Notes under the pieces: generated by a model
The model's input: only the letters and a program-made list of their open reading frames with translations
The model's database searches: none
What the model was told of the DNA's origin: nothing
Part shown: positions 1-12,612 of the stretch, piece after piece
Layout: the number at the start of each line of letters is the position of its first letter
Position numbering within the stretch: position 1 is the stretch's first letter
Assembly (NCBI RefSeq): GCF_023055435.1
Contig: NW_025963891.1
Location: 9,424,001 to 9,488,000 of the forward strand
Reading direction: 5' to 3'
From: Haliotis rufescens
Taxonomy: Eukaryota
DNA length: 64,000 nt
Program-made: the position numbers and the translations under genes

Positions 1-14
1 CCGACGGCGTGAGA

Positions 15-124
15 CGCTGCTCATAATATCAATCATCGGTTTGTCTGGCCCAGATTCGATTATATATTTTTTGTCACGATATCACAGGATTTTTTTCTGA
101 ATGCGGCGTAAAATAACAAACAAC
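15..124 (+). mobile_element. Degenerate 3' half of SINE family C
   Basis: gctcataatatcaatcatcggtttgtctggcccagattcgattat...gcggcgtaaaataacaaacaac aligns to the 3' half of intact C copies such as 41826-42090. Confidence 0.7.
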
Positions 125-229
125 GTATACCTCTAGTATCATCTCTTGCAGTGTATACTATTACTGTACTTATACAACTTTGTGATGTAAGCATCTATAT
201 CTATATATGCATATATTTGGTACAGAGGC

Positions 230-590
230 TATATAAGTCCATGTACATACCGTCAGCAGCGTTCAGTGTTCTGGGAGGGATAGGTATTACTTTTTGTATC
301 ATAAGACACTTTTTTTAAATATAAGAGCTTCCCTCTCTGCATGATCCATTAAAATATTCTTCCCGTTACAAGGAAATAGCATATTGAATTTACTCGGCTT
401 TTTTATTCCAATAATATGAAGGTAAAACATGAACTTTCAGAGAACTAAGGGCGTAACAATAAAAATTCGTACTCATCTTCATTTTGTTCCAGAATACCAC
501 AGAGTCGACATCCAACATTTATCATTATTGGCAGTTCTCCAATTCGTAATAGGCAAAATAGACGTCTATATTTCCGTCTATATTTAGAAC
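230..590 (-). pseudogene. Decayed C-terminus of a non-LTR retrotransposon ORF2 (zinc-knuckle region, RTEX/CR1-like) plus probable 3' UTR
   Basis: Minus strand reads LLRIGELPIMINVG..RLCGILEQNEDEYEFLLLRP, then after a stop/frameshift LPSYYWNKK; resembles the LPLxIExGR...RxC..C..EDExHFLLxCP...YYW motif of LINE ORF2 ends. Confidence 0.55.
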
Positions 591-992
591 AGATGCGGTA
601 ACAACCACCTGCAACGCTTGCAGCATCTGCACCACAGCATCTGTGCCACCTTACTACAAGCACGACTGCCTCTTGACAACATATGTGTTGGAGTATCGAC
701 AACCGCCCGTAACTGTTACCGTTAACTCGGGCGTATACAGCTAGCGGGTTGACAAAGTCGTGATTGGTCTCCATGCAACGTGAGGTATCACGATATTTTC
801 ATGATAACCTCCAGCCACTTTCTCCAACCTGATCGACATCTGTTGATCGAAAGCTGGCTAACTATACTTGCAACCTCGGCTTCCATAGTTTGGTAATAAT
901 ATCTTGTAATACGACCAAAACCCTTTAGCTAAATTATTAATAGAATATCAATTTTAAAGAGGGTGGTGGGTACTGTACTTCATGTACGGAAT

Positions 993-1171
993 GTATAATA
1001 TAACCTCGTTAATCCGGACTCTCTAATTCCGACGATTACGCGGGAGCCTCATTGCATGCATGTACAAAAAACAAAGAAATACGCCCCATACCGATAATTC
1101 GCAAAACCGGACATTTATAAATTGACACTGCTAATTGAAATTGCCGTCCAGAATACCAAGGTTTCGCTGTA
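993..1171. mobile_element. Degenerate Tc1/pogo-like MITE
   Basis: Imperfect terminal inverted repeats ataacctcgttaatccggac / gtccagaataccaaggtttcgctgta. Confidence 0.45.
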
Positions 1172-1384
1172 TCATGTAAATTTATGGTCATTCAAACCAC
1201 AGAATTCAAACTTAAAATGACACACATATGTTTTACCGAAACGATCGATGAACTATTCTCGGTGACTAAAAAACATTTGAAAACGTATCTGACATGAAAA
1301 TCGTGATATAATTTACCAATGTAAAGATCACGAGGAAAGATTTTAACACGTAGTTCAAGCGGCGGTGAAATAAGTACGTATACT

Positions 1385-2060
1385 CTCTAGCGGGGCCATA
1401 AGAAAGAGCTTGCTATCATAGATAGGTTCATGTTGTCATTCTTTCTTCAAACAACACCCAACCGCCGCCTAGCGTTTTGAGGCGAGAGAAATAACCACGG
1501 TCGTCATTATTGATAATCCCTCCATATATTCTTCACAAAAAAATCACATTGAATTCCGACAATGCAACGCGACCACCCATCAACCACCCGAGCCAACTGG
1601 CTTGACAAGACCTCCGAAACACAACGAGACAAAAGCTGCAGCTCTCGCTCTCAGAGATGAACAATATTCCTTTCATAATTTATGATCGCTCGGCTAAGTG
1701 TCGGCACTTTCCGGTGACGCATCGAATAGCGTCGGCCATACCGTTGGGCGACTAATATCATCAATGATTGATTTCGCTTGAGCCGCCTTTATTTTTCTTC
1801 AGTCTAGCGCGAAACGGACGATTTCCGTAACTGCCTCACGTATTCATGGTCGTAAACTTACATGAGAATGGGGAAAGGCTTCGGCGGCTTTTCATAAAGC
1901 CCCTTTAACAAGAGAATCTTCAGTTTACGCCCGTCGCTCTCCCCGATGTTTCATTAGGGCAAAATTCAGCTTTGAAGTCGCCGGCAAAACGGGACGGGGA
2001 TGAGGGAGGATATGTGATATACTGTGATCGTTCATGACGCCACCGTCGAATGTTATGATT
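1385..2060. promoter_or_regulatory. Repeat-free CpG-rich island, putative cis-regulatory element
   Basis: Unique, CpG-retaining, no ORF; TGATTGAT at 1765 and GTCGTAAA at 1849; function is inference. Confidence 0.35.
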
Positions 2061-2587
2061 CTCGGCTACTTTATTAAACGGTTTTCCTGATTTGGTTGGG
2101 GTACAAATTGCTCAAATGCAAATACATTTTCTGGACGGAAAGGTAAAATGTGACTGAGGTTTACACGTTATGTCAATAAAGATCTGAGTGAATTTATTTT
2201 GTGCGTAACATTTCCGAAGATGACGTTTTCATTAACGTTATTGCTTGGAATAACCATCCATCTTAATTGATATAATAATTTGTGTATTTAGTTTTTATTA
2301 AAGATATATTTTTATACTGGCGGACATTTTTCAAGTTCCACAATTAGTGAGCATTCTGTCTTCCACCATGGCTTGATCGTTGATTGCTGTTTCACAGATC
2401 GTTGTTTGTTGATTAGGCCAGAAAAACATGCCTGTATTTCATGACGTTTTCAAAAATGATTGATAGGGAGGGGTATAGGTTACGCTTGGTTGGTTGTAGG
2501 TTACATAGCTATAAGTCCCAGGCCACTGGGACTGGGGACATGTCGATCACAGCTAGAGTTCCCTGCGAACGTGCCGCACAATGATTG

Positions 2588-2872
2588 AGTGAGTGAGTGA
2601 GTGAGTTGGGTTTAACGCCGCTTTTGACAGTATTCCAGTTATATCACGGCGTGTCAGCTTAATGTGGGAGGAAAGCCCGAAGTGATGCAGATCTCAGACG
2701 TTTACCACTTCGGTGAAACCCACGAGCACGGGTATGGTGCTGACAAACCTAGAAACATAATCTGGGCGAACCGGGATTCGAACCCACAATCATAGGTTTC
2801 TGGCGTGCCCAAGGGACGCAACTCTGCACAGCGAATCGCGGCGCCTTAGACGACTGGGCCACCCGTGCCCCC
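2588..2872 (-). mobile_element. SINE family B, full length
   Basis: A box TGGCCCAGTCG, B box GGTTCGAATCC, (ACTC)n tail; TSD ccgcacaatgattg at 2574-2587 and 2871-2884. Confidence 0.95.
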
Positions 2873-2955
2873 GCACAATGATTGGCAAATACTAGTTGTT
2901 GGAATCTGGCACAAAGACAAAATTTGACTTAAAAAGAGTACTTCAACATTAGGGA

Positions 2956-3121
2956 GTGAGTGAGTGAGTATGGTTTTACGCCGCTTTTAGCAATATTCCA
3001 GCAATATCACGGCGGGGGACACCAGAAATGGGCTTCACACATTGTACCCATGTCGGGAATCGAACCCGGGTCTTCGGCGTGACGAGCGAACGTTTTAACC
3101 ACTAGGCTACCCCACTGCCCC
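2956..3121 (-). mobile_element. SINE family A (tRNA-Asp-like head), full length
   Basis: Head GTAGCCTAGTGGTT...GTCACGCCGAAGACCCGGGTTCGATTCCC, (ACTC)n tail; TSD tcaacattaggga at 2943-2955 and 3122-3134. Confidence 0.95.
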
Positions 3122-3509
3122 TCAACATTAGGGAAGGAGAGATGATGAGAAATGTATTTTAACAAATCTTACTATCTGTCACCGCATTGTTAATATACTT
3201 GTGAAAGTGTACTTCCTTTTCTTGGGTATAAATGTGATTCAATGAAGAGTGGGTCAGAAATGAATTCTTGAACCACATGACCAACACCATGTTTGAAATG
3301 TACCTGGAAATTGTATTTTCGACCGCGTAGGAGTACACAATGACCATGCTTATCCTTCTCGGTTATAGCTTGTGTCATCACTGATTTTCAGTTATCCATT
3401 CGTGTCTTTTTTACCGTTATTTGGCCTTTTACACCCAATGGAATCTGTTTCGGCTAAAAACCGAGAATGATTATATTCTCGTTGGCGTTTTATATAGATT
3501 GTTGGGAGT

Positions 3510-3989
3510 AGGTGAGCTGGGTTTAATGCCACGCTGAACAGTATTTGAGTTACATCACGGTGTGTCAGCTACAAAGTGATTCAAGTCGTAGACGCGTACT
3601 ATAAATATGAAGCCCTTGAGTACAAGTATGGGGCGGACAAAGAATCGTTATCGTTATCAGATATCACTGGTTAGGCACACTAACGCGTTGCTGTCCCACA
3701 CCATGAGCAATATATAAGCAATGTCACGACAGAGGATACCGAGAAGGGCTTCACAAACTATAAACCCATTGGGGAATCGAACTGGGCTTGAGGAAAACGA
3801 ACGCTTTAACCAGCTCCCCGTAGCGATACAGTGAGTGAATATGGTTTTACGCCGCTAGCAATATTCTAGCAATATCACGGCGGGGAACACCATAAATGAG
3901 CTTCACACATTGTACCCATGTGGGAATCGAACCAAGGTCTTCAGCGTGACTAGCGAACGCTTTAACCACAAGACTACCCCTCCGCCCCA
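3510..3989 (-). mobile_element. Cluster of degenerate B and A SINE copies (A copy at about 3831-3989)
   Basis: Similarity to A and B consensus with many substitutions. Confidence 0.75.
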
Positions 3990-4410
3990 GTCACGATACA
4001 GCTATACCACTGCTGACACTTTTTGGTTTAATTGGTGACAACAAAATTATCGACGTCTCCAAAGGGTTTGATCATCTTGCATGCATGCGTTGAAGCGACT
4101 TTTTTTCTGATGCCGGATCGCTGATGCTGTTAACATGTTCATCCGCATTCTATAAACAAAATGTTGGGTTGTGTTTCAAATGAACTCTTTCACATCAGCT
4201 GGCTGTTTTCTTACACGGCCCGGCCACAAGCCGACATCCTGCACACATCCTTGACATCAAGGAGCAGGTCCATGGTTCAACTTCATCAGATAGTTTGATA
4301 AAGGTCACTGAAATTCTGTTTTATAATCGTACCATCATCATGGATAAAAATCTTTGAAGTTGATCAGCTGATGAACGTTTTGTGTTGACATTCACAGCCA
4401 AAAAAGTGCA

Positions 4411-4618
4411 GGTACCTTCCCACTTTAAATCCGACCCGGATACCTTCCAATTTTTTGGTAAGTTTCAAATATTTTTCTATGGGTATAACAACTGATCTGA
4501 ACAAAATGCACCCCAAAAATTTATTTTTTTTAAATTAAAAAATAAAAAAATATTTCGACAATTTTTTTATAAGGTATCCGGAGGGTATCTGGGCCGGATT
4601 CAAAGTGGGTAGGTTTCC
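4411..4618. mobile_element. MITE-like inverted-repeat element
   Basis: ggtaccttcccactttaaatccgacccggatacc pairs imperfectly with ggtatctgggccggattcaaagtgggtaggtttcc around an AT-rich core. Confidence 0.6.
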
Positions 4619-4992
4619 GGAATGTTTCGGGAAAACGGAAACCTACACTATTGTTGCTGTGATTCCGTGTTCAACATCTATACCACAGCGTTCCATAGAG
4701 ACATTATACTAAGTTGTAGTGCTTGTGATAGATACATATTGATGTACCCTCTGTGTGGCCTTGCACCCCGGGATTGGGGTACACGACCACACAGCGGGTA
4801 CCATAATGTTTAATATTTACCACAATTTAAAGAACAAACGGAGATTGGGATCTGAAGCCCTTGTTTGTCGCCATATTTCCAGGTCAACTCCAGATGACAC
4901 TATGCTGCAAAGTCAGGGTGCAAGAGAGAACTAAAGTGGAGGTACAGTCCCAGCATGGCCACAGAGGAAACGTCACTTTACAATCTAAACAG

Positions 4993-6527
4993 GGTCCACT
5001 TGCACAAAGCGATCTTAGCGCTACAATTATTGTAAATCCTTAAGATCGCGATCTTAGGCTTACGCTACAATTGTCATCCACTTGCACAAAGCGATTGTAG
5101 GTTAAGATCATTGTAAGCTACAATCGAAACTTACAATTGGTCCAGACCAATCTTAAGTAGCTAAGATCGTTGTAGTCCCTGACAAAATGGCGTGCAAGAC
5201 AGGGCCAGTTTCACATTAATAATCTGCTTTACGATCAAACACTGCCTATTTATTTCGTTAGATTTTATGATTCGAATCGACACTTCAACAACACGAAGAC
5301 CGCACCACAGATTTAACGTCAAAAATATCGTTAATTGCGATAGTGAACCACATAACTATCGAGTCGATAGTTAAAAGTACTATTCCCACCCGTGTCAATG
5401 CTGAAAGAAGTCTAAAACAACATACCTTATCAAGGGAAGGATAAAACCTAAGTCGTCTGCAAGCGAATTGTAACGTCCGTGACCTTTAAGATAAATCAAG
5501 GGCAGCTAATCATAGTTTATATTCTAGATGGGAGTGGTTTCCCTTTGTATAAGTATCGTAGAATCTTCCTTGCCCAGTTAGTGTATTAATGTTGTAGAAC
5601 CGCCGAGCTCCCCTTGTATATCTTTTGGGTCACATTCGTGTCAGTTATTTTGTCTTTAGTTTATCATTAAATAATCTACAAGTAAACACAAGTTGAAGTG
5701 CAAAATCATACGTTTATATCCAAAATCGAGTGGGACAGTCACGAGCGGTTGTAATATCTGAATTTATAAGAAACTAATACAAATATTCATCAAACAAGCA
5801 AATACACATGATGAGACATTTGAAATTTGTGTAAAATATCCCATAAATAGCAAAAGTAAAATTCACACTTTTTAAAAAATATAATTAATACCAAATGAAT
5901 ATATATTAAACAACTTCTTTCTTGAAACATTATTCTTATTTCCCGTACATGCATTCTTGAAATCTCCCGTCTTACTGTGTTTTGAAAAGGTTGTCATAAC
6001 ATCCTTTGTAATAGCGGCAAAACTAAAACATGAAGGATATACATGTATTTAGGATTTTACGGAAAGCTCCCCCAAATAGATGACGATCATACATTTACCT
6101 GTTATGTTATTTGGACATAGAGATCTATTATTATTTTCTTTTTTTACTTTCATAATAAGAATGTCACTAAATCTATATGCCAACATTCTAATTATAGTTT
6201 CCTTCAAATAGTTGAGACCTTTCAACTGTGCAAGGTGCGTGGAGGGAGGTACGTGTTGTATGTCGTAACCGGTTCTACACGTTGTATGCGCAGCAAGATT
6301 TGCGCGTTTGCAGACAACCATAGACAGGAGTCTAGTTTAAGATATTTGTACCTCCACCATTGAAGATTTCAATCTTAGTTAAGATCGCGATCTTAAATCC
6401 AAGCCGTCTTACAATCGCGTTAAGATCGGTTTGTGCAAGTGGAATAGGACAATTGTAGGGTGATTATAAAGTTGATTGTAGCCGCCTAAGATCGATTGTA
6501 ACTAAGATTGTTCTGTGCAAGTGGGCC
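4993..6527. mobile_element. Non-autonomous PIF/Harbinger-like DNA transposon (about 1.5 kb)
   Basis: TIRs ggtccacttgcacaaagcgatcttag / ctaagattgttctgtgcaagtgggcc, CAG on both sides (3-bp TSD), subterminal atcttag/tacaat repeats, no transposase ORF. Confidence 0.8.
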
Positions 6528-6548
6528 CAGGACAGAATAGGAAACGTT

Positions 6549-6809
6549 ACCGTGAAGATCCGGGGTAGAATAGGTCTTCAGCAACCCATGCTTGCCGTAA
6601 ATGGCGACTATGCTTGTCGTAAGAGGCGACTAACGGGATCGGGTGGTCAGACTCGCTGACTTAGTTGATGCATGTCATCGATCCCGATTGCGTGGACCGA
6701 TGCTCATGATGTCAGTCATTGGATTGTCTGGTCCAGACTTGATTATTTACAGACCGCCGTCCTATAGCTGGAATATTGCTGAGTGCGGCGTTAAACAACA
6801 AACAAACAA
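6549..6809 (+). mobile_element. SINE family C, near full length
   Basis: CCGTGAAGATCCGGGGTAGAATAGGTCTTCAG head, two hairpin modules, GCTGGAATATTGCTGAGTGCGGCGTTAAAC plus (AAAC)n tail. Confidence 0.9.
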
Positions 6810-6814
6810 GAAAA

Positions 6815-7735
6815 CTGTACTAAAACGGCACTCCTTGATCAATGGGGCATCTGATACTAAACATGGTTGCCATAGTTACATATCTATCTTCAGAGGTTCA
6901 GTACAATTTGTCAAAAATGTAAGCAAATGTCATGTGACGTTTACAGAGGAAACAATATGTGAAATGCTGGACTTCCGCATTTCTGACATGTATGTTAGAT
7001 TGAGAGGGGGGGGGGGGGGGGGGGGGGGGGGTTATTAGAGGCATTTAGGCAAGAAGTAGGCATCCCCATGGGCACCAATTTTGCTCTCTTTCTTTCTGAT
7101 TCGTTTCGTTATGCATACGAATCAGACTTTCTGCCCGAAATGGCAGAATCAATTTGGCTAAGAAGTTTAAGCTTCCCATATATCGGTGAACTGAAGTCGT
7201 TCAATAACGGTGAAATAGCCAATTCCCTTCCACTGATTTACCTACCTGCACGGCACTTAACAAGCCCAATATGGCAACAGAGGAGACCAGTGAGACCGCC
7301 TGTTTAGATCTGTGCCAGAAGATTCAGAGTGACAAAACACTCTCCACAAGACGGTATGACAAGACTTCAACTTTCCAACAGTCAACTTTCCCTTCATGCG
7401 GGCAACATTCCAGCAGCTCCAGCCTTTGGTAGCTACATTTCCCTACTTTTGAGGCACAGTCGAACATGCTCTTTCTCCGAACATTTCAAACAGCGTCATG
7501 CGGGTTTTGCTAAAACTTATTTGATCAAGGCTCAGTCTTCAAAGCCTCATAGCTTTCAAAATGTTGTATGGTAGACGTGTGTAGGACATTACCAAATTTG
7601 ACGCATCAATGACAAAAATTATATCCAATACAATTTCCTATTTTCACTTATACCATGCGTTCCGTGGTTCAGTCAGGTAAATAATTCACTTGCTTTTGCA
7701 TGTGTTTGTGACGGGTGCAATCAGTGGGGCTGTCC
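6815..7735 (+). pseudogene. Frameshifted Penelope-like element reverse transcriptase fragment
   Basis: Across frames: FVKN..TFTEETICEMLDF, FRQEVGIPMGTNFA.FLSD.F.YAYESDF, LSTRRYDK..FNFPTVNFPF..NIPAAPAFGSYIS; GIPMGTN and YDKRDDFNFPIVNFP are typical PLE RT motifs; G26 tract at 7006-7031. Confidence 0.85.
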
Positions 7736-7873
7736 TTTTCGCGAAATCATCATTTTTTTCATAGAGATTCATAAACACATGCTTAAATAAAGTCGGAATC
7801 GTACAATCGACTCTACAAAGAGAGAGCTTTGTAAATGTGGAAAGGGTTTTGTCGCTTTTATTTATTAACAAAT

Positions 7874-8275
7874 CCCAGCATGGCAATAGAAGGACACGTC
7901 ACTTAACCACCCCAGCATGACAACGGAGGAAACGTCACTTAACCACCCCAGCATGACAACTGAGGAAAGCTATTTAACGACCCCAGCATGGCAACGGAGG
8001 AAACGTCACTTAATAACCTCAACATAGCAAAAGCGGCAACGTCACTTAACCACCCCAGCATGGCAATAGAGGCAACGTCACTTAACCACCCCAGCATGTC
8101 AACGGAGGAAAAGTCACTTAACAACCCCAGCATTGCAACGGAGAAAACGTCACTTAACAACCCCAGCGTGGCAACGGAAGCAACGTCACTTAACCACCCC
8201 AGCATGACAACTGAGGAAACGTCACTTAACCACCTCAACATGGTAATGGAGGAAACGTTACTTTACAACCCCAAC
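7874..8275. repeat. 36-bp minisatellite, about 11 units
   Basis: Unit acgtcacttaaccaccccagcatggcaacggaggaa; explains ORFs 7939-8241 and 7988-8287. Confidence 0.95.
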
Positions 8276-9008
8276 GCAACGTTTTGACATGCTAATATGA
8301 GAATTACAGTCTACAAATTTCGGCGGTGATTATGACGGTGGGACTGTCTGTCTCGTGGTATACTGCATTGTTACTAAACATGCTGTTTCCCCATCAACAT
8401 ATTGTCAGCAATTTTTTTGTGTGCGAACGAACTGTCAACAGACATGTCATCCATTTGAGTTAATGGATGCTCTAAGCTTTCCGCGCACGTGAGCCGGCGA
8501 TGGACATTGGAAAATTCACAGATATGCACAAATAAGTATTGAATTTCGTGTTTATTACTGTGGCAAACAGCTATATTTCCAAGATGCAGATGATAATGTA
8601 ATCTCTCATATCATATGTCAGCCATATGAGTTATAATGGTTAACTAAAGAGAGCTCAGGCGGTAGACTCGGGCGACGCACGTGGAAGCGCTGTGGCTAGC
8701 TCAGAATCCAGTTTAGTTTTTGTTTTGTTTACTGTGACGCAGATTCATATTTAGGTTTTATGCTTGCATCAAATGTTTCCTCCCTGGGGCATTGAAATGA
8801 TTCATCAACATAGTGACGGGGAAGGGTCATTTTGTAAGTCAACATATATGTTAAGCAAGACGAATTTTCGACGGTTGTATCATATTATTGCGACCGACTC
8901 AAGCGCTGCTTGCTGAAATGTCTTAGCTCTATAGATCTTGTAAACTGTATATAACGGACACTCTGACCTCGAACCAATCTGAGACTTCCGGAAAGTTCTA
9001 TGGTAGTA

Positions 9009-9265
9009 GGGGCACGGGTGGTTCAGTCGCCTATTGCGCCACAATTCGCAGTGCCGAGTTGCGTCCCTTGGGCACGCCAGAAACCTATGATTGTGGATTT
9101 GAATCCCGGTTCGCCCCGAATATGCTTCTACGTTTGTCAGCACCATACCCGTGCTCGTGTATTGTGACCTGCATAACTTCGGGCTTTGCTCCCACATAAG
9201 CCGACACGCCGTGATATAACTGGAGTTCTGAAAAGCGCTGATAAACCCAACTCTCTCACTCACTC
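9009..9265 (+). mobile_element. SINE family B, diverged
   Basis: Matches B consensus with internal deletion; (ACTC) tail. Confidence 0.85.
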
Positions 9266-9485
9266 TATAATAGTAAATGTTCACATTGTTCGAACATTTG
9301 TAAATACGCTCATTTAAGCCCATTTTAAAGGGATACTTCTCTGTGCCTTATGTCCTCCTAACCAATGTCGTCGTGGGTATAGGGACTGCATCGTGGTTAA
9401 TGGGAGGGACTATAGAGGTTTTATTGAAAACAAATCGACGAAAACTAAAAAATTGAAAGGAGTCGGCTGCAATGCATCTATGTCA

Positions 9486-9605
9486 AACCAGACAATCCAG
9501 AGATTGACATCATGATCATCGATTTACGCAATTGGGATATATGATGACATGCATCAACCAAGTCTGCGAGCCCGACCACCCGATTCCGTTAGCCGCCTCT
9601 TCAAC
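9486..9605 (-). mobile_element. SINE family C fragment
   Basis: ccagacaatccag...gcatcaaccaagtc...ccgttagccgcctc. Confidence 0.7.
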
Positions 9606-9883
9606 GAACTAATACCTTCTAACTGCCAGATCGTCATTCCAGTACGCCATTTCGACCGAACCACATCAACCTTAGCCTTGTTCCAAGGCTGTACTGACAA
9701 AACAGTTCAGGGATGTGTAGCAATTCTATTCTCCTAATAAGCAAGTCTAGATATGTGGACAGTACAAGGACTCCAGTCTCTTACAGGGACAACTTGCTCT
9801 TATTATTTTCATAATCTAGTACTTATGATTTCAACTAATAATTATTGCCTTAGAGCCTTGTGCAAGTCGACATCAACCTAGAC

Positions 9884-10640
9884 GCTTGTAGTAAGAGGCG
9901 ACCAAATGAATCGGATGTCAGTCTCGGTGACCTGGTTGACAGCGTGTTATCGAATCCTACATCTTCCCGAGGCAAGGGAGTTAACTGACTATAAAAGTCC
10001 AGTTTTCACCCTTGCCGAACTAGGCTGGTATTATACAATTTGGCTGGACTAACGAGTCTATGCATATAGTCCAATCACAAACGCGCAACGAAATCCAAAT
10101 CCGGTTCGTAAACTCTCATGCAGATTTCGGTCGATTGCAGGATTTGCAATGCATATGCACCGCCAACTCGTTGTCAAAAGATATTTTCAAAATCTTTTCA
10201 TGTTTTTAATCAAGGTGCCCACGTGATTTGATGCATTTCGCGATGTAAGACCCGTTTTATCACAATGTAGATCTTGATTATCGAGCAGATCGTCCTGAAA
10301 TGGCGCCGCCATTTTGTTTGAAGCAAATGCAAGTTATACAAGAGGTGGAATCTGATTGGTCCATAGGAGAGGCTTAGAAGGGACATAACTGGTAATAGCC
10401 ACTGGTTGCGCTACGGTCAAGCCCAGGAATTCCAGCCTATTTCGGCAAGGGTGGAAACTGGTCTTTTAAAGTCAGCTAACTCTCTTGCCTCGGGAAGATG
10501 CGAATCCTACGGCGTGGATCGTTGTTCATAATACTTGTTCATAATAATTGTTTATCCGGTCCAGACACGATTATTTACAGGCCGCGGGCATATTTGTAGT
10601 ATAATGCTGAATGCGGCGTCAAACCACAAACGCACAAACA
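9884..10640 (+). mobile_element. Degenerate SINE C interrupted by a DNA transposon
   Basis: C sequence continues on both sides of the 9960-10500 insertion. Confidence 0.7.
9960..10500. mobile_element. Non-autonomous DNA transposon with about 70-bp TIRs and 9-bp TSD (MULE-like), copy 1
   Basis: TIR CATCTTCCCGAGGCAAGGGAGTTAACTGACT...; TSD cgaatccta at 9951-9959 and 10501-10509. Confidence 0.9.
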
Positions 10641-11648
10641 AAAGACGAGACCAGGGTGTCGGAGATATAATTATTTCGCAACGGAATTCCCACTGTGCAC
10701 ACAAATATGCAGTGTGCAGTATCATGCATTTCAGACGTCATCAATTCATCAATACCTGTCGCAATATTATCTTGCCAGTTAAAGAAGGGTTTAATACTTT
10801 TCTCTTTTATATTTCATCTCCCTGTCATTTGTAGCTATCTTCCAAAATAATGACTTGCTCGCTATCAGCGTCACGTGACATCAAGGATTTCGTTTTTAAT
10901 AAAAAAATCCCGTTCGCATTACATTCTTCCAACCATACGTCACGTGACTGTACATAAAAAACACAGATTTGATTATGTATGTTATATTGCAATTTACGGC
11001 AATTTACTTGTCCGACAAAAGGAAGGTATCACTATCGCCGTATTTCTTTAACAGCTGCGGTGCATGTGTTGTGGGAGTACAACAGATTGTGGCCAAATGA
11101 CAACACGCTGTGAGAACACGTGGCCGTACCACGTTAAAAACATTGTTATATAAGTATCAATTACACACGTCATGGCCTGGGGAAGACATTCAAAGTGAAC
11201 AGTGACGCGTGAGTCTACATTACACAAATCAATCGGTGGAAACTTCTAAATTATATTTTCCTAAACCTCCGAATCTGGATATGTGGACAACGAGAGAACG
11301 GGTATTGTGCGTCACAATCAACCATATAGCTTGGTCATGGTACAAAGATCGAAATAGTTTATTTTGCAAATTTGGGCTAAATTTGTGGTTTGGGTTTGTC
11401 AACAATTCGACATACCCTTATCTGGTGATGAATGTTCTAAATGTAATTTAGCTGCTGCATGGTTTCAAATTTGACAATTATCTTTTTAATTCACATAAAA
11501 TGTAGGTTTTGAGTCAGTTTGTTTTCAATACAAAGAGTTAATGGTGTAAAATTTGTGCCAATGTATACAACTTTCTGCATAGTGTTGATGTGTGAATTTG
11601 AAACTTGACAAAGGCCTGCATATCAAGAGTGAGATTTCATTAGATTAA

Positions 11649-11812
11649 AACCGTCACCAATAACAGATTACCGTTGACGTCATGACGTCATGACGTACGT
11701 GCACGTTGACAACAGCGCTGACAACAATCGTGATCTAATAAGGTCATCCATGTTGTTTTACATTATCTACAGAAACAACAGAATCTTTTCTTTTTAAGCA
11801 GCCACACTAATA
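11649..11812 (+). repeat. About 160-bp dispersed direct repeat, copy 1 (copy 2 at 12942-13108)
   Basis: aaccgtcaccaataacagattaccgttgacgtcatg...cattatctacagaaacaacagaat shared by both copies. Confidence 0.85.
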
Positions 11813-12394
11813 AAAAGCGGGCAATTCTTGAACCACCAGGGATCGCGATGTTCTAACTCTGTAGGGGTTAATTTGACGGAGATTGTTGCCAGATTTGTTG
11901 CCCTGACACTTCCCTGACAAGATTCGCATGACAACTGATGCTTACAAGGCCCATTGTAGGGATTTCTACATTATCCTCAATCTTGGGTAGTGGGGCGGGG
12001 GTACTCCTTCCTCGCAGTCTCACGGATTGACATACAGACGGGGCACATTTGACGACGAAGTGGTTAATAATTTGCAAGGAACGCGCCAGTCGGTATATTA
12101 ATACACAAGATTGATTCGCCCATTCTGTAACTTCAGTCCGCCGGGAGGTCTACTAGTATCCATACATACAGAACGAAGCCATTTGATAGTATACGGGATA
12201 ATCTATTAACTGATATAATATATACCTCTTGTAACTTTTAATACTCTTAATGCCCTTAACTCCAGTACATGCTGCATAAGAGACAACGACTGTCTAATTA
12301 ATTGTATGTTTTTTATCAACAGATTTCCAGACAGATGCGAACCAAAATAACAAGGGATACAACAGTTATCAAGTTCTCCAATAATCTGTAATAC

Positions 12395-12612
12395 TAACAC
12401 ACGCACGCACGCACGCACGCACACGCAAACACACACGCACGCAGATACACGCACACACACAGAGAGAGAGTTATGCACGTCGCTATATAAGTGCAACAAT
12501 CCTGAACACCACGTTAAACCCCATTTTACCTCACCTCACCTCAACTCTTCTGTTACAACAACACTCACACACACACACACACACACGCACGCACGCACGC
12601 ACGCGCGCGCGC
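12395..12612 (+). repeat. (CA)n/(CGCA)n microsatellites with a SINE D 3' end ((CCTCA)n tail at about 12470-12543)
   Basis: gcacgtcgctatataagtgcaacaatcctgaacaccacgttaaacc...cctcacctcacctca matches the D tail. Confidence 0.75.

Noticed and set aside
2956-3121. tRNA-Asp gene (and other SINE heads as tRNA genes)
   Set aside because: No proper acceptor stem, continues into SINE body and tail, multi-copy with TSDs
3236-3305. Segment shared with about 26840-26905
   Set aside because: Short fragment of a probable old dispersed repeat with no definable ends
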